Notes: generated by a model from the letters alone, not told the origin. A DNA stretch of 64,000 nucleotides from a virus (IMGVR_UViG_2585427970_000001); one strand, 5' to 3'. Shown: positions 30,325-44,086, numbered from the stretch's first letter. A program made the numbers and translations.

Positions 30325-33300
30325 TTATGCGTATTGTTGGATGACGGCCAGAACGTCCGCCACGTTGTGTTTTGTCTCGATAATCCACCAGTTACCCGGG
30401 AAATCGCTGTTCTTCGCCTTCGCTGGCAGCCAGCGAGCGCCGAATTTCGCCTTGATTGCGTCTTTCGCACGGAAAAGAACGCCTTTCATGCCTGAGGCTT
30501 CCTGAAGCCCAAATACCTCGCCAGCGGCGAATTTTGGTGCGTACATCATCTTCAGGTCGGCGGTGGATACGCGATAATTCAGACCAAGAGACTGAGCTAT
30601 GCTGGTGGCATCACCCTGTATTGATGATAACTCTTCTTGTTTCTCGTTTCTGGCGGCAATCTCTTCCTCCGTGATGTTGCCAAGGGCTAGGTTTATCCGA
30701 TCAGCGTCGGCCTGTTTCTCTTCATCGGTGCGCCCGGCAAGAACCGTGTTAATTCTCTGCAATATCTCCACATGATTCTTGCGCATGCTGAGCAATTCCG
30801 GCGTAACCTCGTTAAGATCCACCAGCCCAAGGATGGCAAGGTCGGAAAACATTGATACCAGGTTGTAGGTCATGCGATAGCTGAGTTGACCATAGGCTGA
30901 TGGCAACTTCACCGCATCCATTTGATAGGCATCCATAAATTTAGAGCCGTCGTTTACGACATCCGCTATTGCAGGTGTGATTTTCCCTGTGGTGGCGGCC
31001 TCCCTGATTGCTGTTACCCACGATTGAGTCAGCGCGGCGACTGCATGATTCAGATTGGCTTCCCGTTCTGCTGCGATGCGCGCGCTTGCTGCGTCCATTG
31101 CCTGCTTGATCTCGGCTTTATTGCTGTAAATGCCAATGGTGCCAAACTGTGCTGTGGTGATCTCATAATCTGACCCCCGGAACTCATTGGTACCGAAAAT
31201 GGCATTGGTGACTTCAAGTTCAGAATCCCCGTTACGAGTAGCCCCCTGGCTTGTTTTTTCCGGCATTCTGGCGATCGCATCCGCTATTTTCTCCTGAATT
31301 GCTTCAGGGGATAGCGTATCTCCGTATGACGCGATTACATCGCCATAATTGGAGCCAAACAATTCAACCAGGAATGTTTCTGCCGAACGGATCTGGCGGT
31401 TATTCCCTTCCGACATCATACCAAGCACCCATTTTGCAATTGACGACTTCAGCGCGCCGTCACGGCGATCCGGGTAAACCGCATGCTTCAGTGGGTCCGT
31501 ATAGGTACCAACAAAATCAATGCTATAGCCTGACTCTGTAGTCTGAACGCCGTACGAGTCAGTTATTTTGATCATGCCGCGCTGCTGGAAACGGTAGAAA
31601 TCGTCACAGGAAATGATGTCGTTAATCCCGGCGATGGAGACGCCACCACTGATTTTCTGCATAACAGCATCTTCATCGGGAGTTACATCCACCTGTTTAT
31701 CCAGCGTCTTCACATCCCAGTTACCCGATTTGGTGCCTTTGAAGGTAAAGATGATCTCCACGTCTGCGCGCTGGCTGTCGAAGTCCAGCGACTTAATGCG
31801 AACGATATCACCGGCACAATCGTAGTATTGGCCTACACGCCATGAGCGATCGCCGATAACAAGGAACTCACTCGCATGGTTAACCAGGTCAGGATCAACA
31901 TCCAGAATGCCTTTATTTATTGCATCCTCCACCAGCGGGCGCAGGCGTTTGATATCCGTCGCGGCCTTCTGAGTACGGTTCAATAATTTCTCATAGCGGG
32001 AGATGGCTTGAGAGATATTAGCCTTGCGCTGAATGGCGTTTTTCAACGACGCGCGATACTGTGCTAACAACATACGGTCTGTGTGATGGACGCTCCCCCA
32101 GCGGGCCTTCCAGTCTGCGTTATCAGCTGCTTTGGCCATTACCGCCTGTTTGAATTTAGCTACCTCGGCGGTGGTCTTTTCAAGTTCCGCTTTGCTTCGC
32201 TCTAATTCAGCGGTAAGTACCTCCACATCCTCGCCAGCTGCGTGCTGCGCCTTGATGTAGTTCTGAAGGTCGATAGTAGCCTGTTCTTTCTGGCGAGCGC
32301 GTTGCGCGGCTTTCGCCTTATCCATTTGAACCTGCATCATTGCCAGACGTTCGCCATCATCCTTAGCGGTATACATCTGCATTTCGATCATATCGTTGGC
32401 GTCGGCGTTCTCCATTTCAGACTTATCTGAGCGGAGGATATCGGAGATCCAGCCTGCTTTACGCTTCAGCGTCTTCAGTCGGTATTCATCGAAAGAACCC
32501 TTGCCGCAGTAGTAGTGAACGCGAACGCTTGCACGGTTGGAACCAACTCGGGCACCGCGACCGTTACGCTGTGCGATACTGGCTGGTGTCCATGGCAACG
32601 TCAGATGATGGATGTCAGTCGTTCCTCGATGCAGGTTGATACCCACCTCTGCCTTTTTGTTGCAGATGATAATCGGAGTCCGGCCCTCCTGGAAGTCGGC
32701 AGCAATCTTTTCCAGCCCACCCAGCGACATTTCATTTTGCTGCGCGATATAGGCGTCATACAGAGCCATTTGCTCGTTGTATTTCGCTATCTGTGCATCT
32801 GTTGGTTCATCCGGTAGCTCTTTCGGTGGTTTAACCGCTTTCAGTTTCTTACCGGTTTTACCTGCCTCGGCAACCGTCTGAGCATTCAGGATCCCCACCT
32901 TTGAAGGTTCAAGGTTAAGAGCATTGCAGATAATGCGCTTGAGCTTCTGGTGCTGCGTTTTTTCATCGGTGAAGATGATTTGCTTACCTTCCGGGAAAAA
33001 CTCCTTCAGCGTGGCAATCAGCTTCGCGTATTTGGGCGTAACGGGGTGAGTTACGGTCTGTTCGTCAATGCCAAACCTGGCCAGGCGCTTATTCACTTCC
33101 TGCTCGAACGCTTCCGGAACCTGTAACTGAATAAACTCGCCCTTATCTATCAGGGAGTATTGCGATTGCTGCGTGATTGAATCATCACTGTCGTCGTCTT
33201 CGCTGGTGGCTTGTTTAGGCAAACTGTCCGCCAGCTGCTGCACCGCATCGGCGTACTCCGGCAGGAAACGATAGGTGATCCGGCGATAGTACAGGTCCAT

Positions 33301-36300
33301 GTCAGTACATACGCGGTCCATATCCCTGATTATTGAGAAGATCGGACGGGCCTTCTCGTGCTCAATCACGCCGTCTTCATTGACCGAGGTCGTTACGCCA
33401 TTGTTGGCTTTTGCTGTCGCTTCCGCCTGCTGACGCAATTCTTCATACGCCGCCAGTTGTTCTTCAGTAAGTGGTGCATCCTGCTGGTGTTCGTCCAGTG
33501 CCGGGATCTCCACGGTATCCTTAACGTCTTCCGCCGTTTTAAGCGTTGTCCAGCGATGGAATATGCCGCGCAGCGCATCAAGGTTTTCAAAGCCCACCAG
33601 CGCCATTTTTTCTTCAACTTCACCGCTGATTTTCTGTACCGTTTCCAGCCTGGTCTTGCCGAAGAATTTAACGAAGTCATCAGGACCGTAGATCCCCATC
33701 TTCTGCCAGTATTCCTTCGGCAGAACATGAGAAAGCATGTTGTATGCATCGATCGGGGTGTTAACGACTGGCGTTGCAGTCAGGAGAACCGGTCCGCGCC
33801 CGCCATTCTTTTTCATCAGGTACGCGTTTTTGATTGCCATATCTCGCGCCGATTGCGCTACCGCGCTGGTGGGCAGATAGGCCAGCTGTGACGCTTCGCG
33901 ACCATTTTTATAGCTATTGCGGTAGTTGTGGCCTTCGTCGGCGATCACGCTGTCGAAGCCCATATCCTCAAAGTACGGATACTTCTCTGCTTTTTCGGTA
34001 CCGGTATCTGAATACTCCGACAATACCCGGCGACGCGCCGCCTCTTTGCGATGGGAATCGGAATCCATTGCGCTGGCTACGCGCCCAGCGGCAACGAAGT
34101 CATAAAGCATATCCTGTGCATGCTCATCTACGGTGTCATCACGTAGCGGAATGCGGGCGTATTGTTCTTTGGTAAACACGACTGCACGGTAATTTGAGTG
34201 CGGGATCGCGTTCATCCGCGCCGTGATAGTGGCTTCATCTGCCAGCTTAAGAGCATCGCGCATAACTGGAGTGCCATCAGTACCAAGAACTGGTTTACCG
34301 TTCTCATCGAGCACCGGCACCTGGCGAATCTGATCGCCATCCATCAGCACATCAAGACCGACGAACAGGTAGTTACTGAATGCCTCTTCACTCAGGAATT
34401 CTTTTGCTTCGTAATACCAGTTTTCCAGCACTGATTTAGGCACTACATACGCAGTACGGGTGGAGCGACCGTTCTCATAGTTGAACGCCTCAAGCGCCAG
34501 CGCGGTCGTTGTTTTACCCAGCCCGGTGCCGAAGCCCAGGATGCCGCGCCCATCTTCGGACAGTCGGCGCACCTCGCTATTCTGGTAATCAAATGGCTGG
34601 CGCTTACCGCTTAATCCCTTCAACCCAAGCGGATCGCCAGAGTGTTCATACGGGATATTGCTATTGAACACATCGTTGTATTTGGCAACCAGCTCATCGT
34701 AGCGATCGTGCGTCTTGATCCACTTATTGAACTGGTCCTCAAGCAGTGCCATCTGCTCGCGGTAGCCGTTCGCCGTCGCGCTATCTTTGCCACCGATACG
34801 CGCACCATTGAGATACTTTTCCAGCTGTGCCGGGAACCCGGTCGCGTTTTCACCTGATTTACGGTCCCACTCGTAGCGGATCTCGCCTGTTTCTTTATCC
34901 TTACGCTGGACGACACCGTATCGGTGCCCGACGAACAGGCCATCACCACCGTGATAGGTGTCAGAAACCATTTCGTCGCCTTCCAACTGCACTGACTGCA
35001 CATAGCGCAGATCCGGATAGCCGTTTTCCTGCAAAAACTCCAGAATGACGGAACGGTCGAACCAACGGCTATTGAGCTTAAAGCGGATATTCTCTGCTGG
35101 CGTCTTGATGCGCTTCTCTTCGATCGCTGCCAGCTGATTAAGGACGTTGTTCTTTACTGGACCGTCGGGGAGCGTGGCGAGGAATTCCTGTTTTGGAGCC
35201 ACTATCTCGTTAATGTCGCCGCTGGTGGCGCGGGCGAACGGAACAATCCCGCCATACGGTGAAACCGCAATGCCAGGGGTGCTGGCCAATAAATTAAGCA
35301 ACTCGTCATCACTGGCTGGCAGTTCGCCGGTAAACGCAAGGCGGAAATCATCGAGCTGGATTGGATCGCGAGTGAGATCACTGTAGAGATAACGCAGGGT
35401 GTCCTGATAGCTGGTGGAGTCATAACTGGCGCTGGAATCATGCGTAACCAGTTTTCCTGTCAGCTCGTCAGAAATAGTGCCATCCAGCTTAATTGCACCA
35501 CGGAAAGCAAACCAGGCGCGCGCACCGCTCCCCGATAATTTCGCTATCGGACCGCGACCGGGGTTACCAAAACGGTCAATCTCTGCCTGCAAACGGGATA
35601 CCAGAGAAAGGCGCTGCTGTTCGATTTGTTCAGCACTATGCCCGGCGGCCTTCATGTCCTGATATTCAATTAACATCCGGCCAATCATCGCCCCGCGATA
35701 CAAGCGTTCACGGTATTTTTCAGGCTGGCTGTTAATCCAGTCCACCAGCTGCACCATATCGTCGCTGATTGATGTGGTGTACTTATCGCGGACATTTGCC
35801 ATCTGGGTAAATGTCATGCCGAGACGGCCTTCTGTTGTAGTCAGGTTACGCTGAAGAGCCTCCCAGCTATCCGCGCCATAACTGGCAGCATCGATCTTAA
35901 GTTCCTTCCCGGCATCAGCTTCAATCCAGCGACCACCAGCATATTTTTGCCATACGCCATTAATCAGGCGCATTTCCCCTTCACCAACAACGTCTGCGGT
36001 CGGTGACGGTTCAGCCATATCGAGCAAAGACCAGTCGATACGGCTTTCGAAACGATGAATCAGCTTCGCTTTAAGAGCCTGGTTATCAATCTGACCGTCG
36101 GCACGAACCTCAATACGCCCCTGGAAGCCCTTTTCCTGGGTGCCATGAACAAACCGGCGACCGTCCTTTTCAAACCACTTGCCAGAAATAAACGTTGGCC
36201 AAAGCACATTTGCCGATTCAAGAGTGCTTTCATCCACCAGGGGGATTTTCTCAGCCATCTCTGCCGGATGTTTGCGCATCAGCACCACATCAACGACTGT

Positions 36301-37092
36301 ACTGGTCCCGTTTGCGTCAAAAGTACCGGTAGGCAAGCGGTGAGCGCCAAGAAATTCAGCTTTACGGGATAAGCGCAGGCGTAACCGCTTCATGTTTGAA
36401 CCTGAAACAATGGACGGCGGCACAATCACACACATGAATCCGCCAGGTTTTATCTTGTCCAGCATGCGGAGCATGAAGTAAGACCCCATGTCCGTTTCTT
36501 CTGCGTAAGGCTTATCGATGTTGCGTGTGTTATCACGACCGCCGAACGGAACGTTACCCACAACATGGTCGAATGAATCGTTAGGCGTGTTTATAGCCAG
36601 CTGTTCGAACGGGGAAATCTGTACGCTGTCTTCCGGGTGTAACAACTGGTTTATACGACCGGAAACACTGCTGATCTCAGTCGCGGTCATCACCGTACCA
36701 ACCGGTTTTGTCTCATTAAAAACGCCGGTTCCCGCCGATGGTTCCAGAGTGTTACCTACGTCCGCGCCGTAGAGCTTCATGATCTCCCAGACACCTTCAG
36801 CGATAGGCTTTGGTGTGTAATATTCGGAGACGGACCCGCCAATGCCGCCTTCACCAGTGTACCCGGCCAGGATCTGGCGCTGTTCATCTGTCAGTGTCGC
36901 GCCGTCCACCAGCGAATTAAGCAAATCTATCGCCTTCTGATTCGCCTCCCGGCGCAGTCGGTCATAGCTTTTGCCTTCCACCTTTTCCACGCCGTATTTA
37001 ATCGGCGCTCGGTGAGATGTTATTGCCCTAATGTATTTCAATATTTCGCTGACACTTGAACAGCGAAACACACCCATAGATAGCTTGTTCAT
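30325..37092 (-). CDS. darB: DarB-like antirestriction protein (methyltransferase-like plus helicase domains)
   Basis: 2255 aa, the length of P1 DarB; SAM-MTase-like GxG motif, helicase Walker A (GFGTGLGKTTT) and DEGH box. Confidence 0.85.
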   Translation of the reverse strand: MNKLSMGVFRCSSVSEILKYIRAITSHRAPIKYGVEKVEGKSYDRLRREANQKAIDLLNSLVDGATLTDEQRQILAGYTGEGGIGGSVSEYYTPKPIAEGVWEIMKLYGADVGNTLEPSAGTGVFNETKPVGTVMTATEISSVSGRINQLLHPEDSVQISPFEQLAINTPNDSFDHVVGNVPFGGRDNTRNIDKPYAEETDMGSYFMLRMLDKIKPGGFMCVIVPPSIVSGSNMKRLRLRLSRKAEFLGAHRLPTGTFDANGTSTVVDVVLMRKHPAEMAEKIPLVDESTLESANVLWPTFISGKWFEKDGRRFVHGTQEKGFQGRIEVRADGQIDNQALKAKLIHRFESRIDWSLLDMAEPSPTADVVGEGEMRLINGVWQKYAGGRWIEADAGKELKIDAASYGADSWEALQRNLTTTEGRLGMTFTQMANVRDKYTTSISDDMVQLVDWINSQPEKYRERLYRGAMIGRMLIEYQDMKAAGHSAEQIEQQRLSLVSRLQAEIDRFGNPGRGPIAKLSGSGARAWFAFRGAIKLDGTISDELTGKLVTHDSSASYDSTSYQDTLRYLYSDLTRDPIQLDDFRLAFTGELPASDDELLNLLASTPGIAVSPYGGIVPFARATSGDINEIVAPKQEFLATLPDGPVKNNVLNQLAAIEEKRIKTPAENIRFKLNSRWFDRSVILEFLQENGYPDLRYVQSVQLEGDEMVSDTYHGGDGLFVGHRYGVVQRKDKETGEIRYEWDRKSGENATGFPAQLEKYLNGARIGGKDSATANGYREQMALLEDQFNKWIKTHDRYDELVAKYNDVFNSNIPYEHSGDPLGLKGLSGKRQPFDYQNSEVRRLSEDGRGILGFGTGLGKTTTALALEAFNYENGRSTRTAYVVPKSVLENWYYEAKEFLSEEAFSNYLFVGLDVLMDGDQIRQVPVLDENGKPVLGTDGTPVMRDALKLADEATITARMNAIPHSNYRAVVFTKEQYARIPLRDDTVDEHAQDMLYDFVAAGRVASAMDSDSHRKEAARRRVLSEYSDTGTEKAEKYPYFEDMGFDSVIADEGHNYRNSYKNGREASQLAYLPTSAVAQSARDMAIKNAYLMKKNGGRGPVLLTATPVVNTPIDAYNMLSHVLPKEYWQKMGIYGPDDFVKFFGKTRLETVQKISGEVEEKMALVGFENLDALRGIFHRWTTLKTAEDVKDTVEIPALDEHQQDAPLTEEQLAAYEELRQQAEATAKANNGVTTSVNEDGVIEHEKARPIFSIIRDMDRVCTDMDLYYRRITYRFLPEYADAVQQLADSLPKQATSEDDDSDDSITQQSQYSLIDKGEFIQLQVPEAFEQEVNKRLARFGIDEQTVTHPVTPKYAKLIATLKEFFPEGKQIIFTDEKTQHQKLKRIICNALNLEPSKVGILNAQTVAEAGKTGKKLKAVKPPKELPDEPTDAQIAKYNEQMALYDAYIAQQNEMSLGGLEKIAADFQEGRTPIIICNKKAEVGINLHRGTTDIHHLTLPWTPASIAQRNGRGARVGSNRASVRVHYYCGKGSFDEYRLKTLKRKAGWISDILRSDKSEMENADANDMIEMQMYTAKDDGERLAMMQVQMDKAKAAQRARQKEQATIDLQNYIKAQHAAGEDVEVLTAELERSKAELEKTTAEVAKFKQAVMAKAADNADWKARWGSVHHTDRMLLAQYRASLKNAIQRKANISQAISRYEKLLNRTQKAATDIKRLRPLVEDAINKGILDVDPDLVNHASEFLVIGDRSWRVGQYYDCAGDIVRIKSLDFDSQRADVEIIFTFKGTKSGNWDVKTLDKQVDVTPDEDAVMQKISGGVSIAGINDIISCDDFYRFQQRGMIKITDSYGVQTTESGYSIDFVGTYTDPLKHAVYPDRRDGALKSSIAKWVLGMMSEGNNRQIRSAETFLVELFGSNYGDVIASYGDTLSPEAIQEKIADAIARMPEKTSQGATRNGDSELEVTNAIFGTNEFRGSDYEITTAQFGTIGIYSNKAEIKQAMDAASARIAAEREANLNHAVAALTQSWVTAIREAATTGKITPAIADVVNDGSKFMDAYQMDAVKLPSAYGQLSYRMTYNLVSMFSDLAILGLVDLNEVTPELLSMRKNHVEILQRINTVLAGRTDEEKQADADRINLALGNITEEEIAARNEKQEELSSIQGDATSIAQSLGLNYRVSTADLKMMYAPKFAAGEVFGLQEASGMKGVLFRAKDAIKAKFGARWLPAKAKNSDFPGNWWIIETKHNVADVLAVIQQYA

Positions 37093-37104
37093 TGGTAATC
37101 CTTA

Positions 37105-37114
37105 ACAAGTGACT
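37105..37114 (+). promoter_or_regulatory. Conserved ACAAGTGACT motif (candidate late-promoter element) upstream of prt
   Basis: Same 10-mer as upstream of mat; followed by a TTAAAT -10-like hexamer; 54 bp before the prt start. Confidence 0.3.
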
Positions 37115-37158
37115 AGTGTTAAATTCCGTTCAAACACGATGCGAATTATTCTAATTAA

Positions 37159-39887
<2,729 letters not shown>

Positions 39888-39889
<2 letters not shown>

Positions 39890-41215
39890 CACCCTCCACG
39901 CCCTGACGGGCGTGGATTCCTGCTACGTTCAGGCTGTCGCCTGAATCATTTCGGTGGGTTCCTGCTTCAACGGGCGGCCTGACTGCACCATCCCTCCACA
40001 GGCAAGTACGGCGTGCCCCGCCGCTAAAATGTTACGAGCGCCGTTTACATCGGCGTTCGCTGTATATCCACATACCTGGCATCTGAATTTACTTTGTGAC
40101 AGGCGATTTTCTTTCGCTGTATGACCACAGCACGCGCAACGCTGGCTTGTGTACGCTGGCGGAACAGCAAGCACCTGACCGCCACGCCAGAGCTGCTTGT
40201 ACTCAAGCTGGCGGCGCATTTCATACCAGCCCTGATCCAGTATCGAACGGTTTAAACCTGATTTTGCCCGGACATTGCGACCCGGATGACTTATCGTTCC
40301 CGCCGCTGACTTTGACATGTATTTAACCTTCAAATCCTCAATGACAATCATTGCGTGGTTTTTGCTGACGGTCGTTGTGACTTTGTGAAGGTAGTCCCTG
40401 CGGATATTTGCGATACGGGAATGCAGTCGCTGTATTTTGCGTTTCTGCTTCTGCCAGTTGTTGCTGAATTTGACCTTGCGGCTTAACTGGCGCTGAAGTC
40501 TCGCCAGCTTTTTCTGGTTTTTCTGGAAACTGTTTACAGGCTCAAAGACTGTGCCATCTGACAGCGTGGCGAGCCTGGCCACGCCAGCATCCAGTCCGAC
40601 CATTGATGCTGAAGGGTGAACAGGAGTGGATACTTCACTTTCTGTCTGAATACTGATGTACCATTTACCGCAGGACTGGCTGACAGTGACATTTTTCACA
40701 ATCCCCGTGACCTGCCGGCTGTTCCGGTAGCGCACCCAGCCAAGTTTCGGCAGAAAAATACGGCTGTTTTCCTGGTCGAGCTTAACACCCTGCGGGTAGC
40801 GGAATGCATCATTCTGTCCCCGCTTTTTGAATCGGGGAAAAGCCGCCCGCTTCTGGAAGAAATTTTTGTAGGCCCGCTCAAGGTCTTTCAGTGACTGCTG
40901 CAATGGCTGTGAGGGAGAATCTTTAAGCCATTCGGTTTCAGTGTCTTTTTTCCACTCAACCAACCAGGAAGCCATTTTCGTGTAAGGGATGTATTTATTC
41001 CCGGCCTCATAATTTTCATTCTGAAGTGCCAGTGCACGATTGAAAACGAAACGACAAGCTCCGGCAAAGAGCCTCATTTGACGCTCCTGTTGACCACCGG
41101 GTCTTAACTGGAATTTAAATGCTTGTAGTCGCTTCATCCCACTATTTTAAACAAAAACAGTTAGGTGGAAAACCACGCCTTATATCCCCGCCCTGAAGGA
41201 CGGGATTTTACGGCG
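39888..41215 (-). mobile_element. IS200/IS605-family element, tnpB-only (IS1341-type), copy 1; boundaries approximate
   Basis: TnpB ORF plus conserved 3' end with hairpin CCACGCCC-N5-GGGCGTGG and terminal TGTCA; left end homologous (about 80%) to copy 2. Confidence 0.75.
39929..41137 (-). CDS. tnpB: TnpB (OrfB_IS605, RuvC-like with Zn-finger) RNA-guided nuclease homologue
   Basis: 402 aa; CxxC...CxxC zinc finger (CACCGH...CQVCG); about 97% identical to the copy at 48216-49424. Confidence 0.9.
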   Translation of the reverse strand: MKRLQAFKFQLRPGGQQERQMRLFAGACRFVFNRALALQNENYEAGNKYIPYTKMASWLVEWKKDTETEWLKDSPSQPLQQSLKDLERAYKNFFQKRAAFPRFKKRGQNDAFRYPQGVKLDQENSRIFLPKLGWVRYRNSRQVTGIVKNVTVSQSCGKWYISIQTESEVSTPVHPSASMVGLDAGVARLATLSDGTVFEPVNSFQKNQKKLARLQRQLSRKVKFSNNWQKQKRKIQRLHSRIANIRRDYLHKVTTTVSKNHAMIVIEDLKVKYMSKSAAGTISHPGRNVRAKSGLNRSILDQGWYEMRRQLEYKQLWRGGQVLAVPPAYTSQRCACCGHTAKENRLSQSKFRCQVCGYTANADVNGARNILAAGHAVLACGGMVQSGRPLKQEPTEMIQATA

Positions 41216-41230
41216 CACCGGATAACCACC

Positions 41231-41256
41231 AAAAATAACCCCGGCGGCTGCCGGGG
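41231..41256 (-). terminator. Intrinsic terminator downstream of lyz (minus strand)
   Basis: CCCCGGC-GGCT-GCCGGGG hairpin followed on the minus strand by TTATTTTT. Confidence 0.6.
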
Positions 41257-41516
41257 TTCTCGTTAACTATTATCGCCTTCGCCTGCGTGCCATATATTTT
41301 CGCACCGCGCGGCGTGGACAATCTGAAGCGGTTTCTTTCTGTTGCATCAATCTCGCAGCCATGCTCAAAAATGTCAGGCACAGCCGAAGCCCGGCATACA
41401 ATAGCGGTTCCAGTGGCCACGTCTCATTGAGCACATATACCGCCATGAAAATCGAGTCAAAAACTATCGCCGCCAGCGATAACTTCATTGTCGAAAGTCG
41501 GCGGAGCTGCCGGAGT

Positions 41517-42074
41517 TTATTCATTGACAAGCCCCGTCAGGCAAAGCTGGCGTTCTTCTTCACGGCGAATCTTTAACCCGGGCAGGGGGACGCCGTTACT
41601 GTTCACGAAATCAGGGAGATGGTTACACATATTCACCCATTCCCCTTTCTGCGCCCACTTGTGGATGGACGTTTCTACTCGCATGCCTCGCGCTTTGCTG
41701 TAGTAGGTCCGTAAGCTATTGCATCCCATATTGAATGCCGCGCTTGTCATTGCACTGAAGGCATTATCGGGCATGTCTTTGCCCCGGAAGTGCTGATTAA
41801 TACAGCGTTCAGCGATCAGGATATTCTTTTCCCAATCAGCGGCGATTTGCTGGTCTGTTTTTCGCACACCCGGCGTTACCCCGTGTGTATTACCGATCCC
41901 GTCAGTCCATACCCCTGCCGGGCACATGTATGGATCACGTCGGCAACCTTCAGCGTTACCAATCAGCTCAAGCCCAGCCTGGTTGGTTCGCACATTGCCA
42001 TTACCCATCACGATGGTAATCATCACCGCGATAGCGCAAATTGCACCGCCTCCTGCGGCTGTTTTTCCCTTCAT
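41517..42074 (-). CDS. lyz: SAR-endolysin Lyz (T4-lysozyme-type with N-terminal signal-anchor-release domain)
   Basis: 185 aa from MKGKTAAGGGAICAIAVMITIVMGNGNVRTNQAGLELIGNAEGCRRDPY...; the ORF extends 33 codons upstream to 42173. Confidence 0.9.
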   Translation of the reverse strand: MKGKTAAGGGAICAIAVMITIVMGNGNVRTNQAGLELIGNAEGCRRDPYMCPAGVWTDGIGNTHGVTPGVRKTDQQIAADWEKNILIAERCINQHFRGKDMPDNAFSAMTSAAFNMGCNSLRTYYSKARGMRVETSIHKWAQKGEWVNMCNHLPDFVNSNGVPLPGLKIRREEERQLCLTGLVNE

Positions 42075-42207
42075 AAAGACCTCATAAGCGAATTTTTTAC
42101 GCTCCAGGACAAACACCCATTCACAGCCAATACCGACTGACTCGATCCCTTTAGAAGGCACAGGATAATGCAAATCACTTGTTAGCTACGTTTCAAAGAT
42201 ATACATT

Positions 42208-42224
42208 ATTGCTCTAATTAATTT
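42208..42224 (+). promoter_or_regulatory. C1 operator (16/17) in the lyz-ssb divergent intergenic region
   Basis: ATTGCTCTAATTAATTT. Confidence 0.65.
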
Positions 42225-42243
42225 ATTTTATTAGGTAAGATAA

Positions 42244-42768
42244 GTGGCACAACGCGGTGTAAACAAAGTCATCCTGATTGGTACCCTGGGGCAAGACCCG
42301 GAGATCATGTATATACCAAATGGCGGAGCGGTCGGAAGACTCAGCATCGCAACGAATGAATCATGGCGCGACAAGCAAACGGGCCAACAGAAAGAGCAAA
42401 CAGAATGGCATAAAGTCGTTTTGTTCGGAAAACTTGCTGAAATTGCGAGTGAGTATTTACGAAAAGGTTCTCAGGTCTACATCGAAGGGAAACTTAAAAC
42501 CCGTAAGTGGACAGATGACGCCGGTGTAGAACGTTACACGACGGAAATTATCGTCAGCCAGGGCGGCACCATGCAAATGATCGGCGCTCGCCGCGACGAT
42601 TCACAATTCTCAAATGGCTGGGGGCAGTCAAACCAACCTCAAAACCTCAAAACCACCAGCAATACAGCGGTGGCAGTAAACCTCAGAGCAACGCCAATAG
42701 CGAACCTCCAATGGACTTTGAAGACGATATTCCATTTTGAGAGGGCTGAAAGTTGCTCGATTACTTAA
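42244..42768 (+). CDS. ssb: Single-stranded DNA-binding protein; frame disrupted near 42640-42660, canonical C-terminus in another frame ending at 42740
   Basis: N-terminal OB-fold [20 protein letters not shown]...[50 protein letters not shown]; ...[12 protein letters not shown] is read in the -1 frame at 42702-42740. Confidence 0.8.
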   Translation: MAQRGVNKVILIGTLGQDPEIMYIPNGGAVGRLSIATNESWRDKQTGQQKEQTEWHKVVLFGKLAEIASEYLRKGSQVYIEGKLKTRKWTDDAGVERYTTEIIVSQGGTMQMIGARRDDSQFSNGWGQSNQPQNLKTTSNTAVAVNLRATPIANLQWTLKTIFHFERAESCSIT

Positions 42769-42873
42769 AAATAACTTTACCTAATTGGTGTAAAAAAATG
42801 GGCGCAACAAAGCGCCCCAACAATAGAGTTTCAAATTAATAAAAAGGTAATAAATAACATGAAGTTAAATTGA

Positions 42874-42960
42874 GAAGAGGCAATTTTATTGCCTCTTCAA
42901 AGGTGGCATGAGGGTGCCACCTATATGCGGGCAGTGACATCACTCCCTTCCCGCATATTC
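42874..42960. terminator. Cluster of three stem-loops between ssb and the porin 3' end (likely bidirectional terminators)
   Basis: GAAGAGGCAA-TTTTA-TTGCCTCTTC (42874-42898); GGTGGCA-N5-TGCCACC; ATATGCGGG-N21-CCCGCATAT. Confidence 0.5.
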
Positions 42961-42973
42961 TTACCTACCAAAA

Positions 42974-44086
42974 TTAGAATTGGTAGGTCATACCAACAGC
43001 AACGATGTTGTCGGTTGCAACCTCAGATCTTTTGGTAAATTCACTTTCATCAATCAGGTTGATCTTGTAGTCAACGAAAGCGGACATATTTTTGTTGAAG
43101 TAATAAGTCGCACCCAAGTCGATGTATTCAACCAGATCCTGGCTGCCGAACGCACCAATATTTTCACCGCGAGAGTGCAGATAAGCGATGGACGGACGCA
43201 GGCCGAAATCAAACTGGTATTGAGCAACAGCTTCAAAGTTTTTCGCCTTGTTCGCGATAAAGTCATCACCGAAGACAGTCATATTCTGAGTTTCAGAATA
43301 AGTTGCAGCCAGGTAAATGTTATTTGCGTCATATTTCAGGCCAGTAGCCCATACTTCAGCAGTTTTACCAGAAGCATTCAGAGGATCCTTTTTAGCATAG
43401 GATACCTGCCCATCAGTACGATCAGATTTTGCATAGGTTGCACCAACGCCAAATCCTTCATAATCGTAAGTAGCAGACAGACCAAAGCCATCACCATTAG
43501 ATTCAACTACGTCACGGCCTTTCCAGTTGTTCACTTTTGCAGCACTATCATTTTTACCTTGATACTGCAAAGCAAAGTTCAGACCATCAACCAGGCCGAA
43601 GAAATCATTGTTACGGTAGGTGGCTACGCCAGTAGCACGCTGGGTCATAAATACATCGGTCTGAGTCCAGGTATCTCCACCAAACTCAGGCAGCACGTCA
43701 GTCCAAGCGCCAATATCATAAGCTACACCATAGTTGCGACCATAGTCGATTGAACCATAATCAGCAAAACGGAGGCCAGCAAATGCAAGACGAGTTTTAT
43801 CTTTATCAGAGCCCTCAGATTCAGTACGGTTACCTTTAAATTCGTACTCCCACTGACCAAAACCGGTTAACTGGTCATTAATCTGAGTTTCACCTTTGAA
43901 TCCCAGACGAGCATAAGTCTTATCTCCGTCATCACTAGCTGAAGAAGAGAAGTAATGTTCTGCGTTAACTTTGCCGTACAGATCCAGTTTATTACCGTCT
44001 TTGTTGTAGATTTCAGCTGCTTGCGCAGACATTGCCATCAGGACAGATGCTGCAACCGCAGAGAGTGCCACTGTGATTTTTTTCAT
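42974..44086 (-). CDS. General bacterial porin, OmpC/OmpF/PhoE family
   Basis: 370 aa; signal peptide [39 protein letters not shown]; beta-strand-rich body; C-terminal ...VGMTYQF. Confidence 0.9.
   Translation of the reverse strand: MKKITVALSAVAASVLMAMSAQAAEIYNKDGNKLDLYGKVNAEHYFSSSASDDGDKTYARLGFKGETQINDQLTGFGQWEYEFKGNRTESEGSDKDKTRLAFAGLRFADYGSIDYGRNYGVAYDIGAWTDVLPEFGGDTWTQTDVFMTQRATGVATYRNNDFFGLVDGLNFALQYQGKNDSAAKVNNWKGRDVVESNGDGFGLSATYDYEGFGVGATYAKSDRTDGQVSYAKKDPLNASGKTAEVWATGLKYDANNIYLAATYSETQNMTVFGDDFIANKAKNFEAVAQYQFDFGLRPSIAYLHSRGENIGAFGSQDLVEYIDLGATYYFNKNMSAFVDYKINLIDESEFTKRSEVATDNIVAVGMTYQF

Noticed and set aside
30456-36772. Antisense and alternative-frame ORFs inside darB
   Set aside because: Embedded in the continuous 2255-aa DarB frame; no independent support.
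41270-41530. 86-aa hydrophobic ORF overlapping the 3' end of lyz (possible lysis accessory gene)
   Set aside because: Overlaps lyz and the downstream terminator; no recognisable family; insufficient support to call.
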